Shown: positions 38,378 through 52,400 of the stretch, in pieces
Layout: each line of letters begins with the position of its first letter
Numbering within the stretch: position 1 is the stretch's first letter
Source of the DNA: Pecten maximus
Lineage: Eukaryota
Assembly: GCF_902652985.1 (NCBI RefSeq)
Contig: NC_047018.1
Location: forward strand, 2,418,001-2,482,000
DNA length: 64,000 nucleotides
Direction of reading: 5' to 3'
Made by a program: the position numbers and the translations under genes
The notes under the pieces: model-generated
Told to the model about the DNA's origin: nothing
The model's input: only the letters and a program-made list of their open reading frames with translations
The model's database searches: none

Positions 38378-40655
38378 TTGAGTTGGTAGGTAAGGTATTA
38401 TCTATACACACTTCCAAACCATCCCTGTTTGAGTTGGTGGGTAAGGTATTAACTAAACACTTCCCAACCATCCCTGTTTGAGTTGGTGGGTAAGGTATTA
38501 ACTAAACACTTCCCAACCATCCCTGTTTGAGTTGGTGGGTAAGGTATTAACTAAACACTTCCCAACCATCCCTGTTTGAGTTGGTGGGTAAGGTATTAAC
38601 TAAACACTTCCCAACCATCCCTGTTTGAGTTGGTAGGTAAGGTATTAACTAAACACTTCCCAACCATCCCTGTTTGAGTTGGTAGGTAAGGTATTAACTA
38701 AACACTTCCCAACCATCACTGTTTGAGTTGGTAGGTAAGGTATTAACTAAACACTTCCCAACCATCCCTGTTTGAGTTGGTAGGTAAGATATTAACTATA
38801 CACACTTCAAAACCATCCTTGTTTGAGTTGGTAGGTAAGGTATTAACTATACACTTCCCAACCATCCCTGTTTGGGTTGGTAGGTAAGGTATTAACTATA
38901 CACTTCCCAACCATCCCTGTTTGAGTTGGTAGGTAAGGTATTAACTATACACTTCCCAACCATCCCTGTTTGAGTTGGTAGGTAAGGTATTAACTATACA
39001 CTTCCCAACCATCCCTGTTTGAGTTGGTAGGTAAGGTATTAACTAAACACTTCCCAACCATCCCTGTTTGAGTTGGTAGGTAAGGTATTAACTTAACACT
39101 TCCAAACCATCCCTGTTTGAGTTGGTAGGTAAGGTATTAACTAAACACTTCCCAACCATCCCTGTTTGAGTTGGTAGGTAAGGTATTAACTAAACACTTC
39201 CCAACCATCCCTGTTTGAGTTGGTGGGTAAGGTATTAACTAAACACTTCTCAACCATCACTGTTTGAGTTGGTAGGTAAGGTATTAACTAAACACTTCCC
39301 AACCATCCCTGTTTGAGTTGGTAGGTAAGATATTAACTATACACACTTCAAAACCATCCTTGTTTGAGTTGGTAGGTAAGGTATTAACTATACACTTCCC
39401 AACCATCCCTGTTTGAGTTGGTAGGTAAGGTATTAACTATACACTTCCCAACCATCCCTGTTTGAGTTGGTAGGTAAGGTATTAACTATACACTTCCCAA
39501 CCATCCCTGTTTGAGTTGGTAGGTAAGGTATTAACTAAACACTTCCCAACCATCCCTGTTTGAGTTGGTAGGTAAGATATTAACTATACACACTTCAAAA
39601 CCATCCTTGTTTGAGTTGGTAGGTAAGGTATTAACTATACACTTCCAAACCATCCTGTTTGGGTTGGTAGGTAAGGTATTAACTATACACTTCCCAACCA
39701 TCCCTGTTTGAGTTGGTAGGTAAGGTATTAACTATACACTTCCCAACCATCCCTGTTTGAGTTGGTAGGTAAGGTATTAACTAAACACTTCCCAACCATC
39801 CCTGTTTGAGTTGGTAGGTAAGGTATTAACTAAACACTTCCAAACCATCCCTGTTTGAGTTGGTAGGTAAGGTATTAACTATACACTTCCAAACCATCCC
39901 TGTTTGAGTTGGTAGGTAAGGTATTAACTAAACACTTCCAAACCATCCCTGTTTGAGTTGGTAGGTAAGGTATTAACTTAACACTTCCCAACCATCCCTG
40001 TTTGAGTTGGTAGGTAAGGTATTAACTAAACACTTCCCAACCATCCCTGTTTGAGTTGGTAGGTAAGGTATTAACTAAACACTTCCCAACCATCCCTGTT
40101 TGAGTTGGTAGGTAAGGTATTAACTAAACACACTTCCAAACCATCCCTGTTTGAGTTGGTAGGTAAGGTATTAACTATACACTTCCCAACCATCCCTGTT
40201 TGAGTTGGTAGGTAAGGTATTAACTAAACACACTTCCCAACCATCCCTGTTTGAGTTGGTAGGTAAGGTATTAACTAAACACTTCCCAACCATCCCTGTT
40301 TGAGTTGGTAGGTAAGGTATTAACTAAACACACTTCCCAACCATCCCTGTTTGAGTTGGTAGGTAAGGTATTAACTAAACACTTCCCAACCATCCCTGTT
40401 TGAGTTGGTAGGTAAGGTATTAACTAAACACTTCCCAACCATCCCTGTTTGAGTTGGTAGGTAAGGTATTAACTTAACACTTCCCAACCATCCCTGTTTG
40501 AGTTGGTAGGTAAGGTATTAACTAAACACTTCCCACCATCCCTGTTTGAGTTGGTAGGTAAGGTATTAACTAAACACTTCCCAACCATCCCTGTTTGGGT
40601 TGGTAGGTAAAGTATTAACTAAACACTTCCTAACCATCCCTGTTTGGTAGGTAAA
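38378..40655. repeat. 49-bp minisatellite, ~46 copies
   Basis: GAGTTGGTAGGTAAGGTATTAACTAAACACTTCCCAACCATCCCTGTTT. Confidence 0.97.
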
Positions 40656-41120
40656 CACCCAATCTAAATTTTGATAGAAGTTATCAATAAAACATCATTC
40701 TTACCTGTAATTTTAAAAATCCAAATATTCCACAATAGAGAGATCTTAAATGTTTAGTTTTTAGGCACTGATTTGGTCAGAAGAGGTGCAGTGTCACATG
40801 AGTTTCACAACACTGTGAAACCGAGTCAGGTGTATCGGATATAACAGTGTGTCAGTGAAGTCAGAATTTCACTGACTTGAACACACATTATCCCCTACCA
40901 AAATTGTAATTAGCTGACAAGTTTGTGATTGATATACAGCATAAATTGGATTAAGCATTCCAATATTCTAATGTGAAATTCTACTGTTTTATATTAACTA
41001 TTTCCTGAAAGTGTATATTGTTTTATGACATCTTAAGCAGCAGACTAGTACATATATCAATGTTAAAATGAAAAATATAAAATGTTGAATCTAGAAACTG
41101 GATTGTTGGTTATATATCAT

Positions 41121-44100
41121 CTATACCTCCACAGTGGAGCAGTAATCCTCCGGAGTAGCCAGTTGTTGGAAGCTACCCTTCAGAGTGCGGGCAGACAGAG
41201 GGGTACTTACAACAGGTTTCACCACTTGAGTCACAAAGTCTGTACTTTTCACCCTATGTAGCTCCTCTGGCACAATGATTGGGGAGAACCCGGGGGTGTT
41301 CTCTAGGGCCCCCAACACCTGTCGACTCATGCTATCCTTCGAACTTCTGGATAGACCAGTAGAGTCCTCCTCTGTTTCTCCTTCAGAAGAGTACATGTAG
41401 CAAGGAGATTGAAAGTCCGATTTCCTCCTCCCTGTGTTAGATTTATTATCCGAGTTCTGTGTCAGATACAGGGGTTTCGTTGGTAAGGACCTCCTCGCTC
41501 TATGAGTAACCCCACTGTTTCGGTGCATATATAAATCATTTTCTTTATCTGAAGGAATCCTTACCTTTCCAATGTCCTCATTTGGTTTGGAACGGAATTT
41601 GTAGGGAGATTCTGTTAACTGAGTGATGGCTAAGTTAGGTTTCCTGGGCCTGAACTTGTACGGCGATTCAGTAAGATTGGTGATGGGGACAGGTTTATTA
41701 ATGACTTTCACAGGAGGAACATGCAGCAGGCTTTTGATTCCTGTGAAACCTTCATCTGCATCTATATCTAAACTGTTTTTCCAGCTCGAGACATTGAATA
41801 AGTCGATGTTCCTGCCGAGTCTGTGGGGAGACTTCTTCATATCACACACACTAATAGGTGATCCTTTAGTGACAGACAGAGAATTGTTTTCAGAATCTAC
41901 AGAAGCATCAAACAAAGATGGGTGTTTCCTAGAAGTACTTGATGTTGGTCTAGCTGAGTTGTTCCTCCTACTCTTTCCAGCAGATTTATTTCCAAAGACA
42001 GACGTACTGGAGTTATCAGTATTGGTTGAATCATTAGATCTTTCAGATTTGTCCTCTCCATTTGGTACAATTTGGTCGTGATGTAAACTCTGTTGTTTGG
42101 TATAACCATCCTGTGTGATATCCATTCCAGGCATGTAAGAAGAACTTAGATACAATTCATTATCTGTAGCATCCATCTTTGACAGACTCTTGGTTCTAGT
42201 GAAGAGATCTTCCTCTCTGGACAAGTCTAAAGTCGGCTTAGAGCAGTTCACACCTGACTCCACACTGTAATCCTCTGCTGACCTTGACCCTTCACTGTAT
42301 TCTCCAGCTGATCTTGACCCCAAACTGTAATTCTCTAGGCCTACTGATGTTGACCCCACACTGTAGTCACCAGCTGATGTTGACCTCATACTGTAATCCC
42401 CTGCTGACCTTGAACCCACACTATAGTCACCAGCTGACTTTGACCCTACACTGTAATCCCCAGCAGACCTTGACCCCACACTATAATCTTCAGCTGACCT
42501 TGACCCCATACTGTAATCTCCAGCTGATCTTGATCCCATACTGTAATCCCCTGCTGACCTTGACCCAACACTGTAGTCACCAGCTGACCTTGACCCAATA
42601 CTGTAATCTACAGCTGACCTTGATCCCATACTGTAATCTCCTGCTGACCTTGACCCAACACTGCAGTTACCAGCTGACCTTGACCCTATACTGTAATCCC
42701 CTGTAGACCTTGACCCCATACTATAATCTCCAGCTGACCTTGACCCCATACTGTGATCCCCTGCTGACCTTGACCCAACACTATAATCTCCTGTTGATGG
42801 TGACTCATTTTTATTGGCTCCTGATTTTGACCTGTTGACACTGTGATCCTCCGTGAAATCTTCGCACCTGACAAGGATGAGGCAGTGGATTTTGATCGAT
42901 GGTAGCCGCTGTCCTCTAGTGCCAGGGCTGTCTTAGAGTATATAGGACTGATATCATGGGGCCTATAATCCCTCTGTGATGAGTTATCCATGGAGTCAAT
43001 GTAACTGGTATCACTGTATCTGCTGTTAGAGGAATGAAGCCCCCTGTCTACTCCAGACTCTCGACTCTGTGACCTTGATAACCTAGCTCCATCCGACACA
43101 TCAGAAATGTTAACCTTACTACCACAGTACCCAGAGGTCATATGTGATGACTTTGTCCTCAGATTGTCAGTGTAAGATTTATCGTTTGATTCGTCCTGGT
43201 GTAAGTCACTGTATTGATACAGACTGATGGATGAGTCGAAGGGAACAGACAGTGGGTGACTCCTGTCCTGGTCAGAAGTACTCAACAAACTTATTGGCTC
43301 CACAGAACTGTCAGTGTAATCACGGTTGGCTCCCGATGACTCATTCACTGTTGTAGATAGATCTGGATTACTCCCGTCTCTGTTGTCTGATGTGTGGTTT
43401 ATGTCAGATATCCAGAAACGGTCAGGCTGTGTGTGGTGAAGTGATGATATATCAGCAAACCAGTCAGATAACACAGATTCCTCATTATTGTTGGAACATT
43501 TCTGACCAGTATCCTGTCCGTCAATTTGTTCATCAACAACACTCTCGTCAATGTAAGGGATGTTGTCTTCCCCTGAGGGAGACCACGGACTAAACATGGT
43601 GGCTTGTTCTGTAACCAGAGGTGTCCCCGACATGTTGTAATGGTAGTAAGGCTCATCCTCACTTCGGTCACTCACTAAGTTTGAGGTGAATGGAGAATAT
43701 AGACCATCCATCTGGTCAGAGCATCGTCCTGAAGACACTTCCTGGTTATAAGACGAATTGAGAATTTGGAACCTGTCCTGTTTCTGAGTGATGTCTGAGG
43801 AGTGTTTGTCGTGAATTGGTGTCTGTGGCGCGTTTATGTTGTGGTACTGAGAACGTGTGGTGAGACCTAAACGACTGTCTGCCTGACAAACCTGAGTTTG
43901 TTTAAATAATGAGCGGTTGACATCTGTCTCATCATACTCTCCATGTAAAGAATTCTGTGATGTATCAGTCTCAATCGAGCTGTTTTTCCTCCATGTTATG
44001 GTTGAGTGACTTCTCCGTCTGTCCACATCAGTGTGTGTTACTATGGTAATAGTCTGTGCTACTGTTTGGTCTATTCTGTCCTGTGACTCCTCCCACAATT

Positions 44101-47100
44101 TTTTGGCATCCAATGGCGACAGTTCTTTGGATTTGAACTCTGGTGATGAGTAAAAGCTGTCATGAGTCGTGTGTTTAGGAGTGAGATAGGACCCTGACAC
44201 ATCCTTTATGGCACTGATGGTGAACAGTTTGTTTGGTGTCTCCAGATCGGACGAGTTGTAATGGTGGTCTGTGGTGGCAGAGCTGCTTGTCCTGTTTCTA
44301 TTGAAGGAGTAGGACCTGTCGGTGGAGTCTACAGAGAGATTGGAGGAGGATTCGATGAGATGTCGGGAACTAGAAGCACTGATGTAGGATAGTTTGGTCG
44401 ACTCCCTTGTTGTATAGTCACCGTCACTCTCCATAAGAGTAGAAGCTGTACTGGGTTCGTGGTATTTTTGGTATGAAACTAGGTGGGAGTTGTCATAGCT
44501 CCGAGCATCCATAGATCGACCTAAACTCTGAGAGTATTCGTATTGTCCTGTCCGGTTATGGTCATGTGACACACTCAGGTGGTCTGCTTTTGAAGCCAAA
44601 CTGAGGTTGACCGAGGCGTTCAGCCAGTCAGCCACATGGGGCGGTACTTTGGGGACTTCAAATATATTCTCCTTTGGCTTCCTCTACAATATGAACAGAA
44701 ATCACATTTAACGTCAATTGAAGAAACCATTCAAACTGAGAAAAAGTTCAATGTGGCATTTAGATAGTAATAATATCCCACAGGTAAACATTTCCTGGAA
44801 TTGGTACAAATGTAAAAGTTTCAGATTCTCCATTTACATGACTCCAGATTGCATTTAGATTCTTTATGTAGGGGAAGCCATTGATTTATATATACAATTG
44901 TACTGCATATGTAAACAGCTGATTAAAATGATATTCTCGCAGGAGAATCATCAAAAAATAGTACAAGGTATTTTAGTGCAAAACAGGACCAAAAAATCTG
45001 TTATGTGGAAATATCCGAAATACAAAACATGGATTTCCCCAAACATGATACTGATTTGGCTTTCAAGTGAAGTCTTTACCTCCCTGGGACCAAACCTCCT
45101 GAACCAGTAGGCCATCTCTTCTTTATCTTGTTCAGGTTTAGGGCCAGTTGGATGACAACAGCCATAGTAGACCATCATCAACACACCGCCTGTCAGAAAC
45201 AGGTAAATCAATGAAGTCTTGATGACATGCCTATTGGTGATGATTATTAAACGATGACTTTAGCTACAGTAGGAGCCATATTGAATGAGGCTTCAGTTAG
45301 AATACTTTAACTCCTGTGATATTAAGTATTTATTGATGCACATGGAAAACAATCTTTAATTGATATCAATTAATGAGTGAGAATTGTCAGCGGTTAAGAT
45401 GATTTAACAGTTCATCGTTGACTTATACGCTAACAAACATTTTATCATCGAATTTTAACCCTTTGTTGAGATGATGAAATCAGGGTTAATTACTGATAAT
45501 AGATTTGATTAATTACCAGGCATAAATTGCATATTGAACCAGTTCAATTATTCCAATGACTCTACTCTGATCATAGTGTTGACAGAGTTATTGCATAATA
45601 TATAATATTGGAGAGGAAATCGTAATGATTGATAATAACTTTTAAAAGTGATTGCCAACACTACTAAACTCCACTCTTACCAACAACATATCCTCCAAAG
45701 ACAATAGCAATGGTGGAGACTTCCATCCACACAGGAATATTGTCTGGCTTCCCCAGGAACCAGAGCAGTACCAGAAGGGAGTTCTCCCCCAGGACTACTA
45801 CGTGGTAGGCAAGTATCCTCCATCTCGCTCGGCTGTCCTTCAGGTTCAGGAAGCAAAATATGTAAATAAACCCTGATACACTATTGAACAGGCGTTTCTC
45901 ACAGGCCGTCTCGCCAAAGTCGGCATTCTGTAGTGTGATCCAGAAGGCCATCACACACCAATGGATTCCTGGAAAGATAGTTTTCAAAATTTCATTTGTA
46001 AAATCCTTGTAAATGCCTAAACGATGTTTCTGGCTTTCTTTATTTTTTTTTCATAATAACATTCATGTACACTGTATATGAAAATTAAAAACGATTTGTA
46101 ATATTCACATTTATCATAACTAACATCCAATACTTACCTTAACTCATGTTTTTATATTATAATACAGTATTAATACTCAGTATGGACTTTTAAAAGTGAT
46201 GAATACAATCCAAATATATAGTTTATTATGTATCATGATTTATAACCACATCATAAATATTGTTGAATTCATCACCTTTGAATTTTTCTATTCAATTTTG
46301 ATACTGATTGTTTATGAAGTGAAAAATATTAAATGCTCACAGTTAATTATGATTTATACTAGCATTGTAACACATTCCAACTGTGTCATGTTTTTACCCA
46401 TAGCCAAGAAAATCCAAGCCTGGTAGACCGTGGAGAAGACAACAATTGCCATAACACGTGCAGATATCATCGCTGTCTGCCAAGTTGTGTGGGCTAACAT
46501 GCTCAGCCATTTTCTGTTGTATCTTTCTTTGTAAGCGAGGCGCAGACCGTCTGTGTATGCTGTCATGGACCAGGCCATGGATGTCAGAGAAAGCACAGTA
46601 GAGAGGCCTGTACAGAAAAAAAATCACATGCAACATTAAATGTCAGTCGACATTACCAACAGGAGGGAAGGACATTGATATGTAACATTAAATGTCAGTC
46701 GACATTATCAACAGGAGGGAAGGACATTGACATGTAACATTAAATGTCAGTCGACATTATCAACAGGAGGGAAGGACATTGACATGTAACATTAAATGTC
46801 AGTCGACATTATCAACAGGAGGGAAGATCATTGACATGTAACGTTGAATGTATCAGCTACATTGCCATACTTTGATACTTTTTGAAATTTGGACAGGTCA
46901 CCAGAGTGTAAAAAAATTCCTTTTCTTGAATAGTTATTATTTGATCAACAATCTATTGATGTATATAAGTATTTACAATTAGTGCCTAACGACTATCACC
47001 AGATCTTACCTAACACCCAATTGAATTGCTGGTACCGCAGTATGATGTACAACTGTAGTATTAGCTGAGGTGCTGATTCCACAAAACACTCAACAAGTCG

Positions 47101-49137
47101 CAGTAGGCAGATATCGTTATTAGCACGGAACACAGCATCAAGGTCCTGGCGACTCTTTGTTTGTTTTGCTCGAATCCCAAGTCGTATGGCTTGGAAATAC
47201 CTTTAAAAGCAAAACAAATTTAGGCAATTACAAAAACTAACCCTTTACTGGCCACTGTTAGATCTTCGTAACGGAGAGCATGATATTCTGTTCTCTAATC
47301 AGAGTGGCTAATGAACCGTCACCTTCATCTACAAGGTTTTATGTGATGATTGAAGGTTAGTGACTGAGTATTTCTTGTCACCAAAATGTCACACAAAACA
47401 TATATAATATATATAATATTCCACTTCCTGCGTTACAGGTACCTCTGTATGTACTGTAATACCTCATTAACCAAATATTTTGAAATAATTAAACTTGTAC
47501 CCAGTAGTTTAAACTTGCTTTATGATGTCCAAAAATTCATGTACATTTGTTTTATGCTTAAATACATATAATTTGTATGTACCTGGTGGTTAACTAATTA
47601 GAAGTAAACATACCTGTGAGCTGGAGCCAGGAATAGGGTATGGATAAGAAAAGTTTTCCATGTCAAAGTCTTGTCTGAAGCATGCCAACTAAAACTGAAA
47701 ATCTGCATCAGAAATGTTGACAAGGCAACAAATGCCATAGATATTGAAGCCCATATCTGGTGACCATCAAGAAGGAATGTCACAATCAGTAGAATATCTG
47801 TAAAACAAGAATGTCATTTAAGATTTTTTAAAGTATGCAATCATATAAACAGGCTCTCATTATCATATCTCTCTTGACTACTTGACTAGTACTCTTGACA
47901 AGAAGAATCTTCTAAAAAAGAAAATCGTATTTTAGGAAATCACTATCTGACAGCTGCAGTAAACACTCCATACCCCATATCAATGTGATCACATCCAGAC
48001 CTTTTATTAAATGATGAAATATATATATATATATATATACCAGGTACTCTATGTTCTGAAATGTACAGTAGAGTACCTGATAAGGGAATAGAATTAAAGA
48101 TTTCCACAATGAAGAGCATCAGAGTGGAATAAAAAGTTAGTTTGATAATCAGATTGACCATTAAATATAATTGAAATCAAATTGGATTACAAATTGTTAG
48201 AAAAAAGCAGTATCTGTTACTAAAATGTAGGACTAGATTGTGTCTAACCTGTCTTTGTCTTCTACTTCTACCATGTACTGACCTACTTTAAAGATTATGT
48301 GACTGATCAGAGATTTGCGAAGGAATATATGGGGCGTGAGGGGAATAGTTTTGAGAAGTTAAAAGGACAGTTTTTTAATGAATAAACGGTTTTGCATTCT
48401 ACTGTAGCAGGGGGCAGTTAATTCTGATCACAGATACTTCTGGAGAAGGATTGATTGTTGCTACAGGTATTTCAGAGTGAAGTGTTTAGTAGGAGTATGA
48501 GAAAATCTGATCTGTCATATGTCTGTCATGTTTGGGGTTTGAGGTTGTTTTGCTAAAGAGAGACTGTTGAATGTTATTTTATATAGCATGTAGAGCAGTG
48601 TATCCTTATGTCTGGCACGAAGAATTTGAATGTGCCAACCAAGATTTAGACCTATATAAATACTGTTAATTTTAAAAAATGAGTTTCACAAGATCTGGAG
48701 TGCTGAAAACTGTGTTGAAGGGAGTGTATTAAGTTGTGATCCTCTGTGTGTAACATAATATCACCGACAACTAGCTATAGGATATACTGTACATGTGTTC
48801 CACAATTTTACTACAGAACTGATTAAAACAGTAGCAGCTGGCGACCATCACGAATGAGAGGAAATTTATAGTCATAGCAAATAAAATCTTGTTTCCCGTA
48901 TATTAAAAAAATTCAATGACCACTAATATTAACATTAACGCGCGATTTTTGTTCTAACCTATTGCTATCCCCTACTTCCAGAGTAGGGGTCTAATGTTAG
49001 CCTACAGTAGAGTTAGCCTCTGTAGATTGGATTAATTTTCATATATTCCTACCTGATCCAACATCAATAATATATGTAAACAGCGATAAAATAGTCACAA
49101 AGACATCATATAGAGTGAACGTCTTCTTCTTCATCAT
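41121..49137 (-). CDS. XK-related (Xkr/CED-8 family) membrane protein with a very long C-terminal tail; one frameshift in the last exon
   Basis: Exons 49137-49053 (MMKKKTFTLYD...IIDVGS), 47797-47614, 47200-47010 (DICLLRLVECFVESAPQLILQLY, XK signature), 46607-46398, 45968-45681 (GFIYIFCFLNL...EN), 45189-45080 (MMVYYGCCHP) and 44683-41121 (ORFs 42686..44635 and 41121..42749 in different frames). All GT-AG and phase-consistent. Confidence 0.9.
42255..42795 (-). repeat. 30-bp coding tandem repeat (GDYSVGSRSA x ~17-18) in the XK-related tail
   Basis: 10-aa periodicity in ORF 41121..42749, with synonymous and conservative variation between units. Confidence 0.92.
46632..46845. repeat. 52-bp tandem repeat, 4 copies, ~24 nt from an XK acceptor
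   Basis: AACATTAAATGTCAGTCGACATTATCAACAGGAGGGAAGGACATTGACATGT. Confidence 0.92.
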
Positions 49138-49417
49138 GAATTATATGTTATGCACTCATTGTTTTCTTGACAGTTTAAATTTGGCGCACTGCTTTGAATA
49201 CGCCTCCATTTTGAAAGTTTGACCCTTGACCTTTGGGTGTCGTGGAGCAAGTGTCGTAAAATATCAAAATAATTCAGATAAATAACATTCACATTATTCA
49301 ATAAACTATTCGTAAATATAGATGTAATTGTAATTTGTTGAGATAATATAATTGTTTGATGTTACTGCTTAAACGAAACTTGCGTCAAAATATGTACAGT
49401 ACCGTCGACGGTACAAG
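49138..49417. promoter_or_regulatory. Compact bidirectional promoter region between the XK-related gene and TFB1M
   Basis: Divergent ATGs 280 nt apart, locally CpG-rich. YY1-like CAAAATGG (minus, 49206-49213) and CAAGATGGC (+, 49414-49422); 16-bp palindrome at 49399-49414. Confidence 0.6.
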
Positions 49418-52400
49418 ATGGCAGCGCCCATGAACGAAAGACGAAAACACGACTGTGAAAGTAATTCACGGTCAGAGCTGTACACATGTATTTTTACCTG
49501 CTAAAGATTGTTACAATATATTGGATTGTACCGGCATAGGTATTTTCACAAAAAGGGTAGGAATTTAAATCAATGTATTGCATTGTCATATCAATAAGTA
49601 GACATTTGTAGGAAGACAAGAAAAATGCAGTTAAAGGGAGATAACCGCTTAATGTAAATTTTAGTAACATTGGCTCAGTAGAACTATTCTGTATGACTGC
49701 ATCTCACCGATGTATGGAATTAAGTGTGTACTCATTAAATTCCATGTTTGAAGGGAAATTGTTGAAAAGAAAATGAATAATGCATGAAATATTATAATAT
49801 TTTTAAAGAACAAGGTTTATGTTAATACTAATGTGGCAGATGTGATTCAAGTGTGTCCTGGCCAGGCTGAGGTTGTCAGATTGTGCAAGTAAATGTAAGA
49901 TTGTATGAATATTAGGTTGTTGGATTGAATGCAAGGTGGTGTGAATAACTATTATTAAATCATATATAAATCTATTACAGAAAACGATCATATATATACT
50001 GCCGGTTGTGTAGGATATTAAAAAGTGTCGTTTAATCTAGCGCGGGGTTCATCCGACCCCGTACTTAACGCCATTTGTGTAAGGGTATACGATTTGTTGA
50101 TGATCGGACTGCTCTACACGTTCAAGCAATAAAAAGGAGGTATTTACCTGTGTGCATGGCACATAAAAGCGACAGGCTTACAGTGCACTTAGGTTTTTTT
50201 TTATTAATTGTTTAACCTTTCAGGGTCTGTGGGGTAACGTTGTGGTGATCAGTGCACATTTCATCAGGTTGGTTGAAGCATTACATTTCATAGGGATGGC
50301 ACGTCAGATGGGTTTGAATTCCCATGTATACAGATATACATCAATATATTACTCCAACAATGTTAGAGGTTTTACACAGCGAGATACTTTTGACAGGTGC
50401 CGTGTCGGCAAAATCCTATAGAAAAAGAGCCGACCAGCAGCCTCTTATGTTATAGGAGTAATCAATATATATGTCTGAGCTATTCTGAAACATGGAATAG
50501 GCGTACTAATAATTGACAGTTTTATTTAATTTCTAACAGCAGGATGGTTGGGCGCCTGTCCCCTATGCCCACAGTGGCGGACATTGTCAAACTTTACCGA
50601 ATCAGTGCGAAAAAACACCTGTCCCAAAACTTTTTGTTTGACATGAATATCAATAGAAAAATTGTGAAAGCAGCAGGACGCATCACTAATGGCTATGTGT
50701 GTGAGGTCGGGCCAGGGCCTGGAGGTATCACCAGGGCAATACTGGACAAACAGGTGGAACACCTAGTCGTCATAGAGAAGGACAGTCGGTTCATACCAAG
50801 CTTACAGGTACATATCACAAGCTTGTCACACCATCTAACAGGTAGTCACCTCACAAGGTCACACCACCTTACAGGTACACCTCACAAGGTCACACCACCT
50901 TACAGGTACACCTCACAAGGTCACACCACATCACAAGGTCACACCACCTTACAGGTACACCTCACAAGGTCACACCACCTTACAGGTACACCTCACAAGG
51001 TCACACCACATCACAAGATCACACCACCTTACAGGTACACCTCACAAGGTCACACCACCTTACAGGTACACATCACAAGGTCACACCACCTTACAGGTAC
51101 ACCTCACAAGGTCACACCACCTTACAGGTACACATCACAAGGTCACACCACCTTACAGGTACACATCACAAGGTCACACCACCTTACAGGTACACCTCAC
51201 AAGGTCACACCACCTTTCAGGTACACCTCACAAGGTTACACCTCACAAAGTCACACCACCTTACAGTTACACCTCACAAGGTCACACCACCTTTCAGGTA
51301 CACCTCACAAGGTTACACCTCACAAGGTCACACCACCTTACAGTTACACCTCACAAGGTCACACCACCTTTCAGGTACACCTCACAAGGTTACACCACCT
51401 CACAAAGTCACACCACCTTACAGTTACACCTCACAAGGTCACACCACTTCACAAGGTCACACCATCTTACAGGTACACCTCACAAGGTCACACTACCTTA
51501 CAGTTACACCTCACAAGGTCACACCACCTTACAGGTACACCTCACAAGGTCACACTACCTTACAGGTACACCTCACAAAGTCACACTACCTTACAGTTAC
51601 ACCTCACAAGGTCACACCACCTCACAAGGTTACACCACCTTACAGGTACACATCACAAGGTCACCATTTACTCTAGATTTCCTCAGATTCTAACGTTTTG
51701 GGAAATAAACAAAACAATAAGGCATTATATCATATCTGAAAAGATGTTATTATACAAGGCTTTGATGATTAAGTTCAAAAAGATGTAAGAAAGTAATAAC
51801 AAAAATAGCCAGAATATATAAGAGTTACTCCCCCTTATTGATGGCAATATTAATTTTAACAGTAATAAATTAGTTGAGTATATACAGTATTTTATTGTTA
51901 AAAAAAGGTACATTATTTTACATGTATATTTTATAGAGGATTATAACTACATATAAGTTTATAATAATATGATTTTTTATGTGTGTGTTTCATCACTAGA
52001 TGTCAATATACAGAAATGACTCGTGTAGGACATACCTGATATCTAATTTGATCAACTGTGTATAAAATATGTTGAAAACACATGTTAGTGTTGTATTTTA
52101 CTGTTACACATGAGTTGTACTTGCTAACCTTTATCGCCATACATCATTCATTTTAGACTTTATCACAAGAATCCAACAACAGACTGCGGGTAATCCTTGG
52201 AGATGTGCTGTACTTTGACATGGGCCGTCTATTCCCTGAAGAGCTGATCTCTCCATGGGACAAAGATCCCCCAAATATCCACATCATTGGGAACCTTCCC
52301 TTCAATGTGGCCACACCACTGATTATTAGGTACCTGGAGTCCATTTCCAGACAAACTAGTGTGTGGCGCTATGGGCGTGTCAGGATGACACTGACTTTTC

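Noticed and set aside
38378-40655. Array of AG|GTAAG donor sites on the + strand
   Set aside because: No plus-strand exon is identifiable upstream, and the region is downstream of the minus-strand XK gene; likely chance.
42780-42830. Programmed -1 ribosomal frameshift at ATAAAAATG
   Set aside because: It does not fit an in-frame X XXY YYZ heptamer, and composition places the switch further upstream.
50808-51788. Long His/Thr-rich C-terminal extension of TFB1M (ORF 50544..51788)
   Set aside because: The conserved protein resumes in phase at 52157; the extension is intronic repeat read-through.
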